This document shows, one piece after another, positions 12,411-26,898 of a stretch of DNA of 64,000 bases; position 1 is the stretch's first letter, and each line of letters opens with the position of its first letter. The DNA lies in contig NC_068984.1 of assembly GCF_001194135.2 (NCBI RefSeq), positions 129,709,272 to 129,773,271 of the forward strand, read 5' to 3'. A program made the translations under genes and the position numbers. Source of the stretch: Octopus bimaculoides (lineage: Eukaryota). The notes under the pieces are model-generated. The model made no database searches. It saw nothing but the letters and a program-made list of their open reading frames with translations, and was not told the origin of the DNA.

Positions 12411-12790
12411 ATTGGCACTCCGTCGCTTACGACGTCGAGGGTTCCAGTTGATCCGATCATCGGAACAGCCTGCTCGTGAAATTAACGTGCAAGTGGTTGA
12501 GCACTCCACAGACACATGTATCCTTAACGTAGTTCTCGGGGATATTCAGTGTGACACAGTGTGACAAGGCTAACCCTTTGAATTACAGGCACAACAGAAA
12601 CAGGAAGTAAGAGTGAGAGAAGGTTGTGGTGGAAGAGTACAGCAGGGTTTGCCACCATCCCCTGTCGGAGCCTCGTGGAGCTTTAGATGTTTTCGCTCAA
12701 TAAACACTCACAACGCCCGGTCTGGGAATCGAAACCGCGATCCTATGACCGCAAATCCGCTGCCCTAACCACTGGGCCATTGCGTCTCCA
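12411..12790 (-). mobile_element. SINE family B
   Basis: Near-identical to the other B copies. Confidence 0.92.
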
Positions 12791-13339
12791 TTTGGGGGGA
12801 CTGTATGTAAGGTTAAACAAAAAAAAAAAATCCCATATCTGTGAATTAGCTTTTATGTTTTTGTCCATGTTATTCATTATCTTTAGTGCATTGATTGTGA
12901 AGGCATGTGGCTCAGTGGTCAGGGTATTGGTCTTATAATCATAAGATGTAGGTTCAGTTCCTGGACCCTGGACCAGGTGGCATGTTGTGCCCTTGATCTA
13001 GGCCTTTCATTTCATGTTATACCTGTCTATTCAGCTGAAATTGAGTACCAGCTGACTGTTGGTGCAACCCTCTCTACTTTCAGTGTGTCTTTTTTTTTTT
13101 CATCATTGTTTTGATGTCCACTTTTCCATGCTTACATGGGTCAGACAGAATTTGAGATGGATTTTCTATGGCCCAATGCCTTTCCTGTCACCAACCTTCA
13201 TCTTTTTTCCAAATAAGGTAGTATTTCCCCATAACCAAACATATTTTCATGGAATGTTAGAAATGAAGGACACCCCTTGCATGACAGTGACACTTATTTA
13301 CAACTACCACATGATGTCAAGGCAAGGAGAGAGAGAGAT

Positions 13340-13389
<50 letters not shown>

Positions 13390-14501
13390 TTATATGAAGG
13401 GCTTCTTTCAGTTTCTGTTCGTCAAATCCTCTCACAAGGCTTTGGTTGGCCTAGGTCTGTTGTAGAAGACACTTGTCCAAGGTGCCACACAGTGGAACTG
13501 AACCTAAATCTATGTTGTTGGGAAGCAAACTTCTTACCACACTGCCACAGCTTGTGGATTATATGATGGGTCAAGGATGTTTGCTCACAAATACCATAGG
13601 ATCCTAAAATAGTTAGGGAAAACTTGGTGCTTACAACCAAGCTTGGTACTTCCAACCAAGTGATGGCACTGCTTTCGTACCTTGTACTTTGAAATAGTTT
13701 TTGATTGTTTTTTGTGTAATGTTTTGGTTAGAAGAGGTTGAGATGTCTGCCAGAGTCTCATTTTGATTTTGACAACTGGACAGGTTGTTTGGACAGATAT
13801 GTCTCAGATTATCATAACCAGGTCACTGTCATATTTAGATAAAGATATATCAAATACCATACAACATAAATTCTTTATTTATTAAAATTATCTCCACCTC
13901 TAGAGGCTGCATTATCGTTACCAAATGGAAATTGAAACCAGCTCCATTCAAGAAAGGCATATAATCTCAAGAGACAAGAATTTGCTGAAGTTGTCATGCT
14001 ATTAAAAAAAAGGACAGGCCTAATGCCTGGGAATAAAAGGACAGTAGTGGGCATGTTTCGTACTCAATAACTGTTACCAGCATGATAATTATCTTACCTT
14101 ATCTTCTGTAGCCAAAGGAATCGGACGTATACAAAACAGAGTAATTTGCATAATTTAAGCAAAAATAAGCTAAGAGAAATAGAGTGGCCAGTGGTATGTA
14201 TTTGAACACTGTGGACAAATACAGGTATATCAAATACCATACAGCATAAATTCTTGATTTATTAAAATGATCTCCACCTCTAGAAGATGTCATAATTACA
14301 TACAACAGGCTTCCACACAGTTTCACAAGGCGTTGGTCATCCCCCATCTATAGTAAAGACACTTTCTCAGGGTGTCTACAGTGGGACTGAACCTGAGACT
14401 ACATGGTGTCAAAGTGAGCTACTTAACCACACAGCCTACATAAAGAAGATTTTTTGTTTTCTTCATGTTATTTTGTTGTCCTAACTAATTTCTTTTTGCT
14501 T

Positions 14502-14876
14502 ACTCTTTTACTCTTTTACTTGTTTCAGTCATTTGACTGTGGCCATGCTGGAGCACCGCCTTTAGTCGAGCAAATCGACCCCAGGACTTATTCTTTATAA
14601 GCCTAGTACTTATTCTATCAGCCTCTTTTGCCGAACGTCTAAGTTACGGGGATGTAAACACACCAGCATCGGTTGTCAAACACACATATATATATATACA
14701 TATGCATATATACGACAGGCTTCTTTCAGTTTCCGTCTACCAAATCCACTCACAAGGCTTTGGTCGGCCCGAGGCTATAGTAGAAGACACTTGCCCAAGG
14801 TGCCACGCAGTGGGACTGAACCCGGAACCATGTGGTTGGTAAGCAAGCTACTTACCACACAGCCACTCCTGCGCCT
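14502..14876 (-). mobile_element. SINE family A
   Basis: Full-length copy. Confidence 0.92.
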
Positions 14877-15127
14877 GCTTCTAAGTAATTTTTCTCAACC
14901 CAATATTATTACTTTATAATAATTCCCTATTTCCATGAAGCCCCTTCCTCTCTGTGTGAAGGATAGCTGTTTTGAGTCTATAGATATTGACTTAGCTTTA
15001 CATTGTTCCGGCATCAAAAAAAATAAGTTACCTGTCAACTCAAAACTGAGGCACAGTGCCTCAAATTTAGAAAAGGGAAAGCTATTTACATCAACCCATC
15101 TGTAAGTACTCTTCTCTAACTTCTTTT

Positions 15128-15395
15128 ATTACCTCCGCCTTCGCTAAGGCAGAGGTATTGTTTTCAGTTGTGTTTGTTTGTTTGTCCATGGAGAAGATAT
15201 CTCAAGAACTCGTGGATGGATTCAGATGAATTTTCAGGGATGTTTGACCTCATGACTAGCACAACTGATTAGATTTTGGGATCGATCTGGTACCGGACAA
15301 GGATTCTGGATTATTTTCCATTTTTTTTACTTATTGTTTGAGAGCGGTCAGGTTCATTTTTAGTATTCTCGTTTGTGAGAGCAGTTGAGTTTAAT
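15128..15395 (+). mobile_element. Helentron-associated (HINE/DINE-1-like) element, 5' part
   Basis: T-rich site, ATTACCTCCGCC with a 12-bp hairpin (15130-57), then (GTTT)n; the 3' end is not seen. Confidence 0.55.
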
Positions 15396-16199
15396 TCAGG
15401 TATTCTCCAGTACCGCTGGACTGGCCCTTGTGCAGGTGGCACGTAAAATACACCATTTCAAGCATGGCTGTTGCAGTACCTCCTGACTGGCCTTCGTGCC
15501 GGTGGCACATAAAAGCACCCACTACACTTTCGGAGTGGTTGGCGTTAGGAAGGGCATCCAGCTGTAGAAACTCTGCCAAATCAGATTGGAGCCTGGTGTA
15601 GCCATCTGGTTCACCAGTCCTCAGTCAAATCGTCCAACCCATGCTAGCATGGAAAGCAGACGATGATGATGATGATGATGATCTCTGGCTCATCATTGAG
15701 ATGACGTTGGTGTTGCCTTGGTGGAGGTTTGCACTCTCTGAGTGCTCTTGTTTGTAAGTACTTATATGGTTGACTTTGTTCTAATTCTTTGATTTCAGTA
15801 TCTGAGTCTGAGTTAATGCTCTCAGTTTTAGGTCATTTAAGAGTAGCATTGGTACATTTGCTTAATATTGTCCTCATTTTGATATCCGGCTAAATGTATG
15901 TACAGAATTTAGTAGGTTCTTCAGTTGGGTATTGACTCTTGTAAATAATTAAAAACCATGTTTAACTTTTATTCGAGTGAGACCATTCTGGGGCACTGCC
16001 TTGACAGGTTTAGTCAAATAAATCAACCAAAGTAATTTTTTTTTTTTTTCTAAAGTCTGGTACTTGTTATATTGATTCATTTTGCTGAATTGCAATGTTG
16101 CAGTGACAGAAACAAACCCACAGAAGTTATCAAGTGATGGTGGGAGACAAATACAAACACAAAGATACACACAAATGCATGCATGCGCGCACACACACA

Positions 16200-16231
<32 letters not shown>

Positions 16232-16466
16232 NNNNNNNNNNNNNNNNNNNNNNNNNNNNNNNNNNNNNNNNNNNNNNNNNNNNNNNNNNNNNNNNNNNNN
16301 NNNNNNNNNNNNNNNNNNNNNNNNNNNNNNNNNNNNNNNNNNNNNNNNNNNNNNNNNNNNNNNNNNNNNNNNNNNNNNNNNNNNNNNNNNNNNNNNNNNN
16401 NNNNNNNNNNNNNNNNNNNNNNNNNNNNNNNNNNNNNNNNNNNNNNNNNNNNNNNNNNNNNNNNGT

Positions 16467-16502
<36 letters not shown>

Positions 16503-17959
16503 GTTTAACATCTGCATTCCATGCTGGCATGGGTTGGACAGTCTGACTGAGGACTGGCAAGCCAGAAAGCTGTACCAGGCTCCAATCTGATCTGGCAATG
16601 TTTCTACAGCTGGATGCCCTTCCTAACGCCAACCACTCTGAGAGTGTCGGGGGTGCTTTTTACCTGTTTATTACATTTTTATATGTTTATAACATTTATA
16701 ACCAGTAGTGGTTTCATTCAGCAGATTTATTAATGGGGTCAAAACTAGGCAGAAGAAAAAAGGAAATAAGGGTCTCTTTGAGTGTTCCTTCTTCATACAT
16801 AGGTGTTTAATCTTTTCAATATCAACCTACTTGAGACTGCCTCTGGTGTTCTATGATAACAAGGTTTGGGATTTATATTAAAACCTTCCGGTGAAATTTC
16901 ATGTTAATTTAAGTTCCAAACATTTTGGCACAAGGCCAGTGGTTCTAGGGGAGGGGTTTAGTTGATTACATTGACCCCCAGTAGTCAACTGGTACTTATT
17001 TTATTGACCCTGAAATGATAAAAGGCCAAGTTGACAATGGCAGAATTTGAACTCAGAACATAAAGAGCATGAAGAGATGCTGCTGTGTATTTTGTCTGAC
17101 ACTAATAATTCTGCCAGCTCGTTGTCTTCAACACTAGATTAACGGTGATTACATTATTTTACTGAGTTTTTTTTTTTATTATTATTTTCGAAATTGATTG
17201 AAACAAAGACTGTGTATTTCAACAGAACAATAGAAACAAAAAGAGTTACGGGCGATTTCTCTCATCTTCATGCCTTGCAGTGATATAGTAGTTGTTTTCT
17301 CTGTTGACATGTCATGGTTGATAAACTACTTTTAAATTATAGCTGCTGTATTTATTTGTAGTGTCTTCAACATCTAACTGTGTGGCATACAATCAAATAC
17401 TCTTCAGTAATCAATCGGCACCATGCTAAAATTTAATTTTGCTCCACTTCTTGCTGTTCTCTATAATTGTCCAGTCTGCCAAGAGCTGCTCTTTATAACT
17501 TTGTATCCCTTTTCACCACCACTTTTGTCCCTCAAGTAAGACATTTTTATCATCAAAATGAGCATGCAGCTTGGTATAGTGTACAAATATGTACCATTGG
17601 ATTGATTGCCAATAAGTTAGTTCTTTAGTTCCAAGAATTGTCAGTGCTTTTGTATTTCAGAATCAGTAGTGTTTTCCTGTTTTAGTAATCATTTTTCTTT
17701 GGTATTTTGCCTTTGTTCTGTCCCCAGTATCTTTGGCCATTGTGGCTATATAGGTGTAGTCTCTTTTTGTTAGGCATGGTTCTCCACTGCTCATCCCTTT
17801 GAGAGAGCAGCAGTGATGGGTCAAATCAAGACTAAGTCTAGGTGTCTGGCATCTGGAATGTTGACAGCCCTCTAGTAATGCATCAAATGAAAGTTCCTCA
17901 CTATAAAGAAGCAGTGTTGGGAATGTTCTTAATGAAAACTTAAGGGTCCTTAAAGGGTG

Positions 17960-18065
17960 GTTGTTGGTTCAAGTCAAGCTCAACAGGTATGGAAATGCTG
18001 TCAGCTGGGCCTGTCCTGAGATGTGGCCAGAGTGGTGAAACCATTCTACATGCACTCACCCTGTC
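17960..18065 (+). mobile_element. L1/Tx1-type LINE ORF2 C-terminal zinc-knuckle relic
   Basis: VQVKLNRYGNAVSWACP-(frameshift)-RCGQSGETILHAL resembles the CxxC..ET..H motif. Confidence 0.45.
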
Positions 18066-20871
18066 AAAACATGGTTGGTCAGTGGATTTATGTAGGACTG
18101 AGTGCCCGATTGACGAACATCTAGTCACATTCCTTTAAATAGGAAAGGCTGGCAGTTTTCCACTGTCTGGTGAGGGGGGGGGGTATATGCGACGTTTTAG
18201 AGCAGCAGTTTTGTTGCAGCTTATTTAACATTGCTAATTCGATGTTGACTTATTTAACATCAGATATTTTAATGTCCCTCTCTTTCTCTTTCTTTCTCTG
18301 TCTCTCACACACATGCATACACACACACACACACACACACACTCTCTGCAGCTGTATGTGTATATTTCTGTGTGCACATTCATATGTATGTATATGTGTG
18401 TTTGCTTTCAGTGTCAGAACATACTGTCACCAAAACAAGCTGGTCATCCAGCCAGCCATGCCAAATTATCAGTGTTGAGACAGAGCACCCAATCATCTCA
18501 TTCCAGTCTGGTCACTACGGTAAAAGTGGTTGTGGTGAAGATGATTGAAAGAACTGAAGGCAGGATTTTTTTTTTTTTTTCCAGTTTAATTAAACCTTTA
18601 TTCGCCAAAAGGTTTCTTTCCTTTATTATTACTTCTTTTCTTTTCCTTTTGGCTTAGTGGTGCTTAGTCAAGAGTCTATCTATATTAAGATCAGGCCCTG
18701 TCCATTCTGCTACCACTGCTGTTAAATAAATCACCTAATTCAGTTTGTAGAGTTTGTAAGACAGCAAACTGGCAGAATTGTTAGCATGTCAGGTAAAACA
18801 CTTAGTGGTATTTCATCCATCTTTATGTTCTGAGTTCAAATCCTGCCCGGGTCGATTTTGCTTTTCATCCTTATGGTGCTGATAAAATAAGTATCAGTTG
18901 AGCACTGACGCCAATGTAATCAACTTAATTCCCCCTACCCCCAATCGATAGTCTTGTGCCAAGATTTGAAACTGATATTTGGCCAGTTTATTGTCATGTA
19001 CAGAATTTTTTTACAGGACCCTATTATCTCTGTTATATTTATTTATTCTTTCTAGTGGGGACAGATGGATATATTGATCTTCGTTCATTGATTTTTGTAA
19101 TGTTTCAGTTCTTTGTTTCTGTTAGGCTTTCAGAATGCTGAACCATGTGAAGTTGATACTGGATCACAAATGCAATCACCATTTTATGCCCATTTTCCTA
19201 TACTTCCATGAGTTGGGTGTGTCATTATTAACATAAACTCACATGAAATTTTGATAGGTTTAAATGTAGATCAGTACAGAAAGAAACACAGGAATCTGTT
19301 GAGGTTTTGATAAGCAACAATTTATTCTTTTCACACACAACAAATAATAGTTGTCATTACTATGAACAACAAAACATTGTGAGAGATTTTGTCCCTGGTG
19401 TAGTTGTAGAAGCAGATAAAGCTTGCTGGTTACTGACTTGCAATGTTGTTCATTGCCTTTGTATTGTCATCCATCTCTGTTGGTCAATTCCTACAGTGTT
19501 TGTCTGTGCTTTCTCTGTTGTTTGTGAAAGCTCTCTGTCTAGTATTTGTGATGTACTGACTTTGTATTGTTTGATAAGCTCAGAATGAAGTGCACTGAAA
19601 GACAAAAAAGAAAAGTCATTGTTGAAGCCTATTTGATGCAAAGTTGTGATTGGTCAAATTTTGTTGATCACATGGGCAATATTCTAGCGAATCATGATAT
19701 CGGGTGATTGCTGAATATTCCTGCTACCGATTACTTTAAAACAAAGTTTGTATCACAGAATCAGGAGTGGCTTCAGGTGGATTGGCATCCAATGTGTCAT
19801 TTGATCCGAGAGGAATTAAAAGTCGTTAAAAAATGTCATCTCAGCAACAGCATGATTTGAAACCAGAACTCTTTGAGTCACCAAACAACTCATCAAATTA
19901 TTATCAAGTATAGTCCATCCGGCACTCAACTCCCCCTACACACAAGCACTTTACCATTATCCCACCTTTTGACATTATCGGTCCAATAATATCATCAGTT
20001 AGTAAAATGACCATTTTATAGAACCAACCACTCCTAACCTCCCATTATCCTTTTTACTGACCTTTTTTTTTTTTTAGCATCATCATCCTGTTGTTGTTGT
20101 TCCTGGAGAGTATTTAGAATGTAAAGTGATCTTTTAGTGTTTCTTGTTATAATAGTGGTTGTTGTACATCTCTTTTTTTCTCTCTCTCTTCCCTGCATCT
20201 CCCCACCTCTCTCTCTCTCTCTCTCTCTCCCCCTCTCTCTCTCTCTCTCCCACTCCCCAAACAGAGTCATTAAGCTGACTTTTGGAGTGAAGCAAACAAT
20301 TTGATGGTGTCTCTTTATGTGGAATAATTCTTGTGCTGTGTCGTGATGTGACATACACCTGATTACAATACTTGACTATTTCCAACTATATTTCCTACAT
20401 TTACTTTTGAAATTATCAGTGGTACTTTTTTTTTGGGGGGGGGGTCATTTATTTGTTTATTTTTACTTTTACTTTATATCTCTTACATGTTGGTGTGTTG
20501 GCTACTTACCCCATCCAGAATTTCTGTTAACATTACAAAAGTTTATGCTGAATGTTTAAATCCATCACCCACCCCGCCCTTCACACCTCAAAGGGTCTTC
20601 CTATCAGCTCATCGAAGAGAAAGAGCGAACTAGTGTGGATGGGAGTTAGGAAGGTGCCATGCCAGTTCAGGCAACCAGATCTGCTTAATGCTTGTTACTT
20701 GAAACTGGTGAACTTTATTGTGATGTTGCTAGATGTAAAACCAAGCTTTTTGCTGTTGTCGTCGTTGGACAGTTTAGGCACCTGATGACGTACCTCAGAT
20801 GCAGTAGGCTATATATTTCACCCTCTGTATACATGTCATGTTGAATGGCAGCAGTTTAACTATGTCGAGGT

Positions 20872-21257
20872 GTGGAGGCGCAATGGCCCAGTGGTTAGGG
20901 CAGCGGACTCACGGTCATACGATCGCGGTTTCGATTCCCAGACCGGGCGTTGTGAGTGTTTATTGAGCGAAAAACACCTAAAGCTCCACGAGGCTCCGGC
21001 AGGGGATGGTGGCGAACCCAGCTGTACTCTTCTACCACAACTTTCTCTCACTCTTACTTCCTGTTTCTGTTGTGCCTGTAATTCAAAGGGTCAGCCTTGT
21101 CACACTGTGTCACGCTGAATATCCCCGAGAACTACGTTAAAGGTACACGTGTCTGTGGAGTGCTCAGCCACTTGCACGTTAATTTCACGAGCAGGCTGTT
21201 CCGTTGATCGGATCAACTGGAACCCTCGACGTCGTAAGCGACGGAGTGCCAACAAAA
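20872..21257 (+). mobile_element. SINE family B
   Basis: TSD AACTATGTCGAGGT at 20858-71 and 21258-71; 3' stem-loop CGTCG-TAAG-CGACG. Confidence 0.95.
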
Positions 21258-21377
21258 AACTATGTCGAGGTAAATTCAAGAACTAATTCCTTCCCATAGC
21301 ACATTTGTGCTATCTCAAGCTCAAATGTCCTATCTCCTTGTACTCCTGTTACAACATGTCCTCATTGCTATAGATTT

Positions 21378-21541
21378 GGGGTTCTAAACTATTATTTTAT
21401 CTATAGACCCCTTTGATTACTATTTTATTCTCATGGACCCATATAGCTATTTGATGTTTAAAATCATCAAGTTTTATTGAAACTTCTTTCAAAATTCTTA
21501 TTTTGTTTTTCACACATTAACTCAGGTAGGTTGAACTCTGT

Positions 21542-21573
<32 letters not shown>

Positions 21574-21958
21574 TGTTTAACGTCTGCTTTCCATGCTAGC
21601 ATGGGTTGGACGATTTGACTGAGGACTGGTGAAACCGGATGGCAACACCAAGCTCCAATCTGATTTGGCAGAGTTTCTACAGCTGGATGCCCTTCCTAAC
21701 GCCAACCACTCCGAGAGTGTAGCCATATATATATATATAAACTGATGAGGAGTCGGTGACCTTCTGTGTCTGTTTTCCGTTTGTTTGTGCATTTATTATG
21801 TTTTTTACCTCATATACATATGTTAGAGAAAGAAAACTCATTTCTTGCAATACATACCAATACATACATCTAAAGCAAAATTTTTTCAGGGCCCTTTTTT
21901 GTAATGAGGACCCCTGAAAATCTCATATCGACCTTTAGGGGCTATATGAACCACTGTT
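21378..21958. mobile_element. Degenerate hAT MITE interrupted by later insertions
   Basis: GGGGTTCTAAACT left end, GACCCC subterminal motifs, TGAACCACTG right end. Confidence 0.4.
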
Positions 21959-24561
21959 GTAGATAGTTTAGTTTGGAGGGAAGCTCATCGCTACACAACA
22001 ATGAAACACTAAATTGTACAGTGTCACTGTCACCTTCAGTAATAAACCACATCTCCCTCCCCATGGTACCTATTTGAGCCTGAAAAAAGGTCGGTGCTAC
22101 TAAAGCATTGATCCTCTTTGTATAATTTCTGATAACCTCCATTATACAGGGTGACCACAAAGTCATGCACCAAGGGAGATATCATCTTCATCATCATCAT
22201 CATTATTATCATCATCGTTTAACATCCGCTTTCCATTCTGGCATGGGTTGGACGGTTTGACTGAGGACTGGTGAGCCAGGAGACGACACCAGGCTCAATC
22301 TGATCTGGCAGAGTTTCTCTCTTTGTCGTTGCCATCATTGTTGTGTAGTCNNNNNNNNNNNNNNNNNNNNNNNNNNNNNNNNNNNNNNNNNNNNNNNNNN
22401 NNNNNNNNNNNNNNNNNNNNNNNNNNNNNNNNNNNNNNNNNNNNNNNNNNNNNNNNNNNNNNNNNNNNNNNNNNNNNNNNNNNNNNNNNNNNNNNNNNNN
22501 NNNNNNNNNNNNNNNNNNNNNNNNNNNNNNNNNNNNNNNNNNNNNNNNNNNNNNNNNNNNNNNNNNNNNNNNNNNNNNNNNNNNNNNNNNNNNNNNNNNN
22601 NNNNNNNNNNNNNNNNNNNNNNNNNNNNNNNNNNNNNNNNNNNNNNNNNNNNNNNNNNNNNNNNNNNNNNNNNNNNNNNNNNNNNNNNNNNNNNNNNNNN
22701 NNNNNNNNNNNNNNNNNNNNNNNNNNNNNNNNNNNNNNNNNNNNNNNNNNNNNNNNNNNNNNNNNNNNNNNNNNNNNNNNNNNNNNNNNNNNNNNNNNNN
22801 NNNNNNNNNNNNNNNNNNNNNNNNNNNNNNNNNNNNNNNNNNNNNNNNNNNNNNNNNNNNNNNNNNNNNNNNNNNNNNNNNNNNNNNNNNNNNNNNNNNN
22901 NNNNNNNNNNNNNNNNNNNNNNNNNNNNNNNNNNNNNNNNNNNNNNNNNNNNNNNNNNNNNNNNNNNNNNNNNNNNNNNNNNNNNNNNNNNNNNNNNNNN
23001 NNNNNNNNNNNNNNNNNNNNNNNNNNNNNNNNNNNNNNNNNNNNNNNNNNNNNNNNNNNNNNNNNNNNNNNNNNNNNNNNNNNNNNNNNNNNNNNNNNNN
23101 NNNNNNGTCACTGAAGCAGATTCTACATCCAGTCAGCCATGCCAAATCGCCAGTATCCAAACAGCTGCTCCCAATTATCTCATTCCACTCCGTGGTATTT
23201 AGTTACATTTTACTTTATGCTGAAGCTCACTTTGATTTTATCCTCACGAGATCGATAAAATAAATATCAGACACAAAAATCTGAGTCTAATAAAACAATA
23301 AAATGAAATAATAAAATAAAACTCCTGAAGGCAGTGATCCAGCATGGCTGCAGTCCGAGCATGTCTGAAACCTACCGAAGAGAGAAAAAGAACAGAAAAG
23401 CAAGCAAAAAAAAAAAAAAATCTATTAAATCAAGGAAATTGTTCGGACTGCCATTAACTGTACCTTCTTAAAACCTGTTTGACTGCTTTGGAAACAAATT
23501 CTGTAAAAGGTTTTAGATCTGTTCAAATGAACAGATCTTGTTAAAACAAGTCAGAAACAAGATTGGGTTATAGTTTAATTAAGTAGAATAATATGGAATA
23601 CTATTGCCAATACCGTAAATACCGAAGTGTTTAGTATGTTAAGCCATGAATAATGTTTTATAAAGATTATTTATAAGTTCAGAATACATTTAGCATTTAT
23701 GTAGAATATATTATTAATGTTGTTTCCTTCCTTGCATGATTGATTGGCTAATGACTGGACTATTTGTCTGTTTACCTTCTCTGCAATTTCAGAAAGTACA
23801 ATTTGCAGGATTTATTTATTTATTTATTTATTATATTATTTTTCTTTTACTTCTTTTTGTTATTGATTACTAAGCAAAATAAAAAGACATTTTACTTTTA
23901 GTTTTCATTTGTGAATCATCATCATCATCATCATCGTTTAACGTCCGCTTTCCATGCTAGCATGGGTTGGACGATTTGACTGAGGACTGGTGAAACCGGA
24001 TGGCAACACCAGGCTCCAATCTAATTTGGCAGAGTTTCTACAGCTGGATGCCCTTCCTAATGCCAACCACTCAGAGAGTGTAGTGGGTGCTTTTACGTGT
24101 CACCTGCACGAAGGCCAGTCAGGCGGTACTGGCAACGGCCATGCTCAAAATGGTGTATTTTATGTGCCACCTGCACAAATATTTGTACGTCTGTCTTTGT
24201 TCCCCCAACATCGCTTGTGTGTTGGTGTGTTTACGTCCCCGTAACTTAGCGGTTCGGCAAAAGAGACCGATAGAATAAGTACTAGGCTTCCAAAGAATAA
24301 GTCCTGGGGTTGATTTGCTCGACTAAAGACGGTGCTCCAGCATGGCAGCAATCAAACGACTGAAACAAGTGAAAGAATGAAAGAATATATATATATTGAT
24401 TACTAACTAGATTCTCTGAATTGAAAACTGCGTGTAGTGTCCCAACATTAAAAAAAAAAAAGACTTTTATTTCAATACACCCTATGGGCTTTCCCCATAA
24501 AAGCATCACCCAAGGGGACTGTCCATCCTGCTCCCATCCCCATCTACACGATTGTGCTTAA

Positions 24562-24781
24562 CCCTTTAACATTCAGATTTCTTTGTCAAATGTAAGGCTT
24601 GTTTATTCCCTTTCATATCAATTAGTCATACATTACCTTGTAGCTTTGAGATTTCAATGACATGATTGTTTATTTTAAGAATAATATTGTAGGGTAAGTG
24701 TGAGAGGCCAGATCTGGCCAGTTTCAAGATAATACAGGTAGATTATTTTGGCTGGATATGGCCAGTTTAAATGCTAAAGGG
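24562..24781. mobile_element. piggyBac-type MITE
   Basis: TTAA-CCCTTTAACATT ... AATGCTAAAGGG-TTAA. Confidence 0.85.
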
Positions 24782-25009
24782 TTAACTCTAGATCAACCCT
24801 CTTTTACTCTTTTACTTGTTTCAGTCATTTTGACTGTGGCCATGCTGGAGCACCGCCGTTTAGTCGAGCTAATCGACCCCAGGACTTATTCTTTGTAAGC
24901 CTAGTACTTATTCTATCAGTCACTTTTGCCGAACCGCTAAGTTACAGGGACGTAAACACACCAGCATCAGTTGTCAAGTGATGTTGGGGGGACAAACACA
25001 GACACACAA

Positions 25010-25042
<33 letters not shown>

Positions 25043-26898
25043 CGACGAGCTTCTTTCCTTTTCCGTCTGCCAAATCCACTCACAAGGCTTTGGTCGGCCC
25101 GAGGCTATAGTNNNNNNNNNNNNNNNNNNNNNNNNNNNNNNNNNNNNNNNNNNNNNNNNNNNNNNNNNNNNNNNNNNNNNNNNNNNNNNNNNNNNNNNNN
25201 NNNNNNNNNNNNNNNNNNNNNNNNNNNNNNNNNNNNNNNNNNNNNNNNNNNNNNNNNNNNNNNNNNNNNNNNNNNNNNNNNNNNNNNNNNNNNNNNNNNN
25301 NNNNNNNNNNNNNNNNNNNNNNNNNNNNNNNNNNNNNNNNNNNNNNNNNNNNNNNNNNNNNNNNNNNNNNNNNNNNNNNNNNNNNNNNNNNNNNNNNNNN
25401 NNNNNNNNNNNNNNNNNNNNNNNNNNNNNNNNNNNNNNNNNNNNNNNNNNNNNNNNNNNNNNNNNNNNNNNNNNNNNNNNNNNNNNNNNNNNNNNNNNNN
25501 NNNNNNNNNNNNNNNNNNNNNNNNNNNNNNNNNNNNNNNNNNNNNNNNNNNNNNNNNNNNNNNNNNNNNNNNNNNNNNNNNNNNNNNNNNNNNNNNNNNN
25601 NNNNNNNNNNNNNNNNNNNNNNNNNNNNNNNNNNNNNNNNNNNNNNNNNNNNNNNNNNNNNNNNNNNNNNNNNNNNNNNNNNNNNNNNNNNNNNNNNNNN
25701 NNNNNNNNNNNNNNNNNNNNNNTGTATCAGATGCTTACAAACTTTTCTATACCACCACCACCACCACCACCACCACCACCACCATCATCTCTGCTGCTAC
25801 TACCACAGCTACCACTATCACCACTGCTGCCACCACCACCATCACCCCTGCTGCCACTACCATTACCACTTCTACCACCCTTGCCACAAACAACTGTTTA
25901 AATTTTGCCTCAAGTCTCACCCTGCTATCTCATATTAAGTGTAAGACGGTTTAGAAATATAATCCTACATTTGCCTAAAACAGACAGAATGGGCATGATG
26001 GGTATGGTTGGGATGCCTTTTATCACAGGTTTTCTCAGTCATGTTTGACCTGAAGCTAAGTAACAACAGCAGTACTATCACTACCACCACCACTTCTACC
26101 AACAGTAACAGCTTTTTGTTATTTGTTGAATCTGAAAGAAGGGACTGAGCCCATGATCTTTACAGGCTCTCCAAGACTGGTGAGCTCGATGCTATTAATG
26201 TCCTATTTAAACTGTTGTCAGCTCATGCTGGAAAGAAATGAGCAAGGACAAATATTCCAGAGGGATGATGTTGTGAGAAAGGACTGGGTATAATGGTTAG
26301 TGCAGAGCCAAGGGTTTTATTGGATGCACCAAGAGTGAGGAGAAGTAGAAACACTAATGGATGAATAATGCCTGATCAGTGGAGGTATGAGATCAACCAG
26401 CTCTAAGGAATAGAGCTCATAGTAACAATAGAAAAGACAGAGAGAGAGAGGGGGAAAACAACAGTCTTGTAGGCCAGGGGCTGGCATGTGTCCATTTGCG
26501 ATGGCGTGCTAATCGGCTTTGTGTGGTTCAGGATATCAATGTGCATACTAACAGCACTGATTCAGATGTGGGAGCAAAACTCCATTGCGGACCTTGTTTT
26601 GAGCCTTACAGAATGTCAGAATGACATACAAACAAGAGTGGGTCACCAGTGCTCCGTGTAAGTAATACTGAGGCCACTGAAGAGAAAGAGAGATTCAAGT
26701 TGTTGAAGAACATCATTGGTAATCAGCTATCTCCGTTACCTTGGTGGTATTTGGAGTGAGAGCAATGGGATACTCTTTAGCTGGGTTGGAGTGTTTGTTC
26801 TCCTTTGAAATGGAACACGTTTGAGTGTGCTTCTAAATATCAGGGTATATCCCTGCAGAGAGTGAAATATTACAGAGTTTGGAGAGTCTAGGAGCAAT

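Noticed and set aside
19300-20800. Possible exons of a second gene
   Set aside because: Only short ORFs, with no recognisable domain or consistent splice chain.
20872-20950. SINE heads as tRNA genes
   Set aside because: A and B boxes are present, but there is no acceptor stem or clean cloverleaf, and each continues into a SINE body with a TSD.
23515-23538. Perfect 10-bp hairpin AGATCTGTTC-AAAT-GAACAGATCT
   Set aside because: Isolated, with no TIR/TSD or ncRNA context; not distinguishable from a chance or relic palindrome.
23980-24010. CTGAGGA-CTGGT-GAAAC in every family D copy as a hammerhead
   Set aside because: No stem II, no UH after the putative stem III, and no stem I.
22219-25954. 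Long ORFs of 250-340 aa here and at 30260-31285, 42630-43268 and 55922-56804
   Set aside because: They are made of N-gap X runs and microsatellites.
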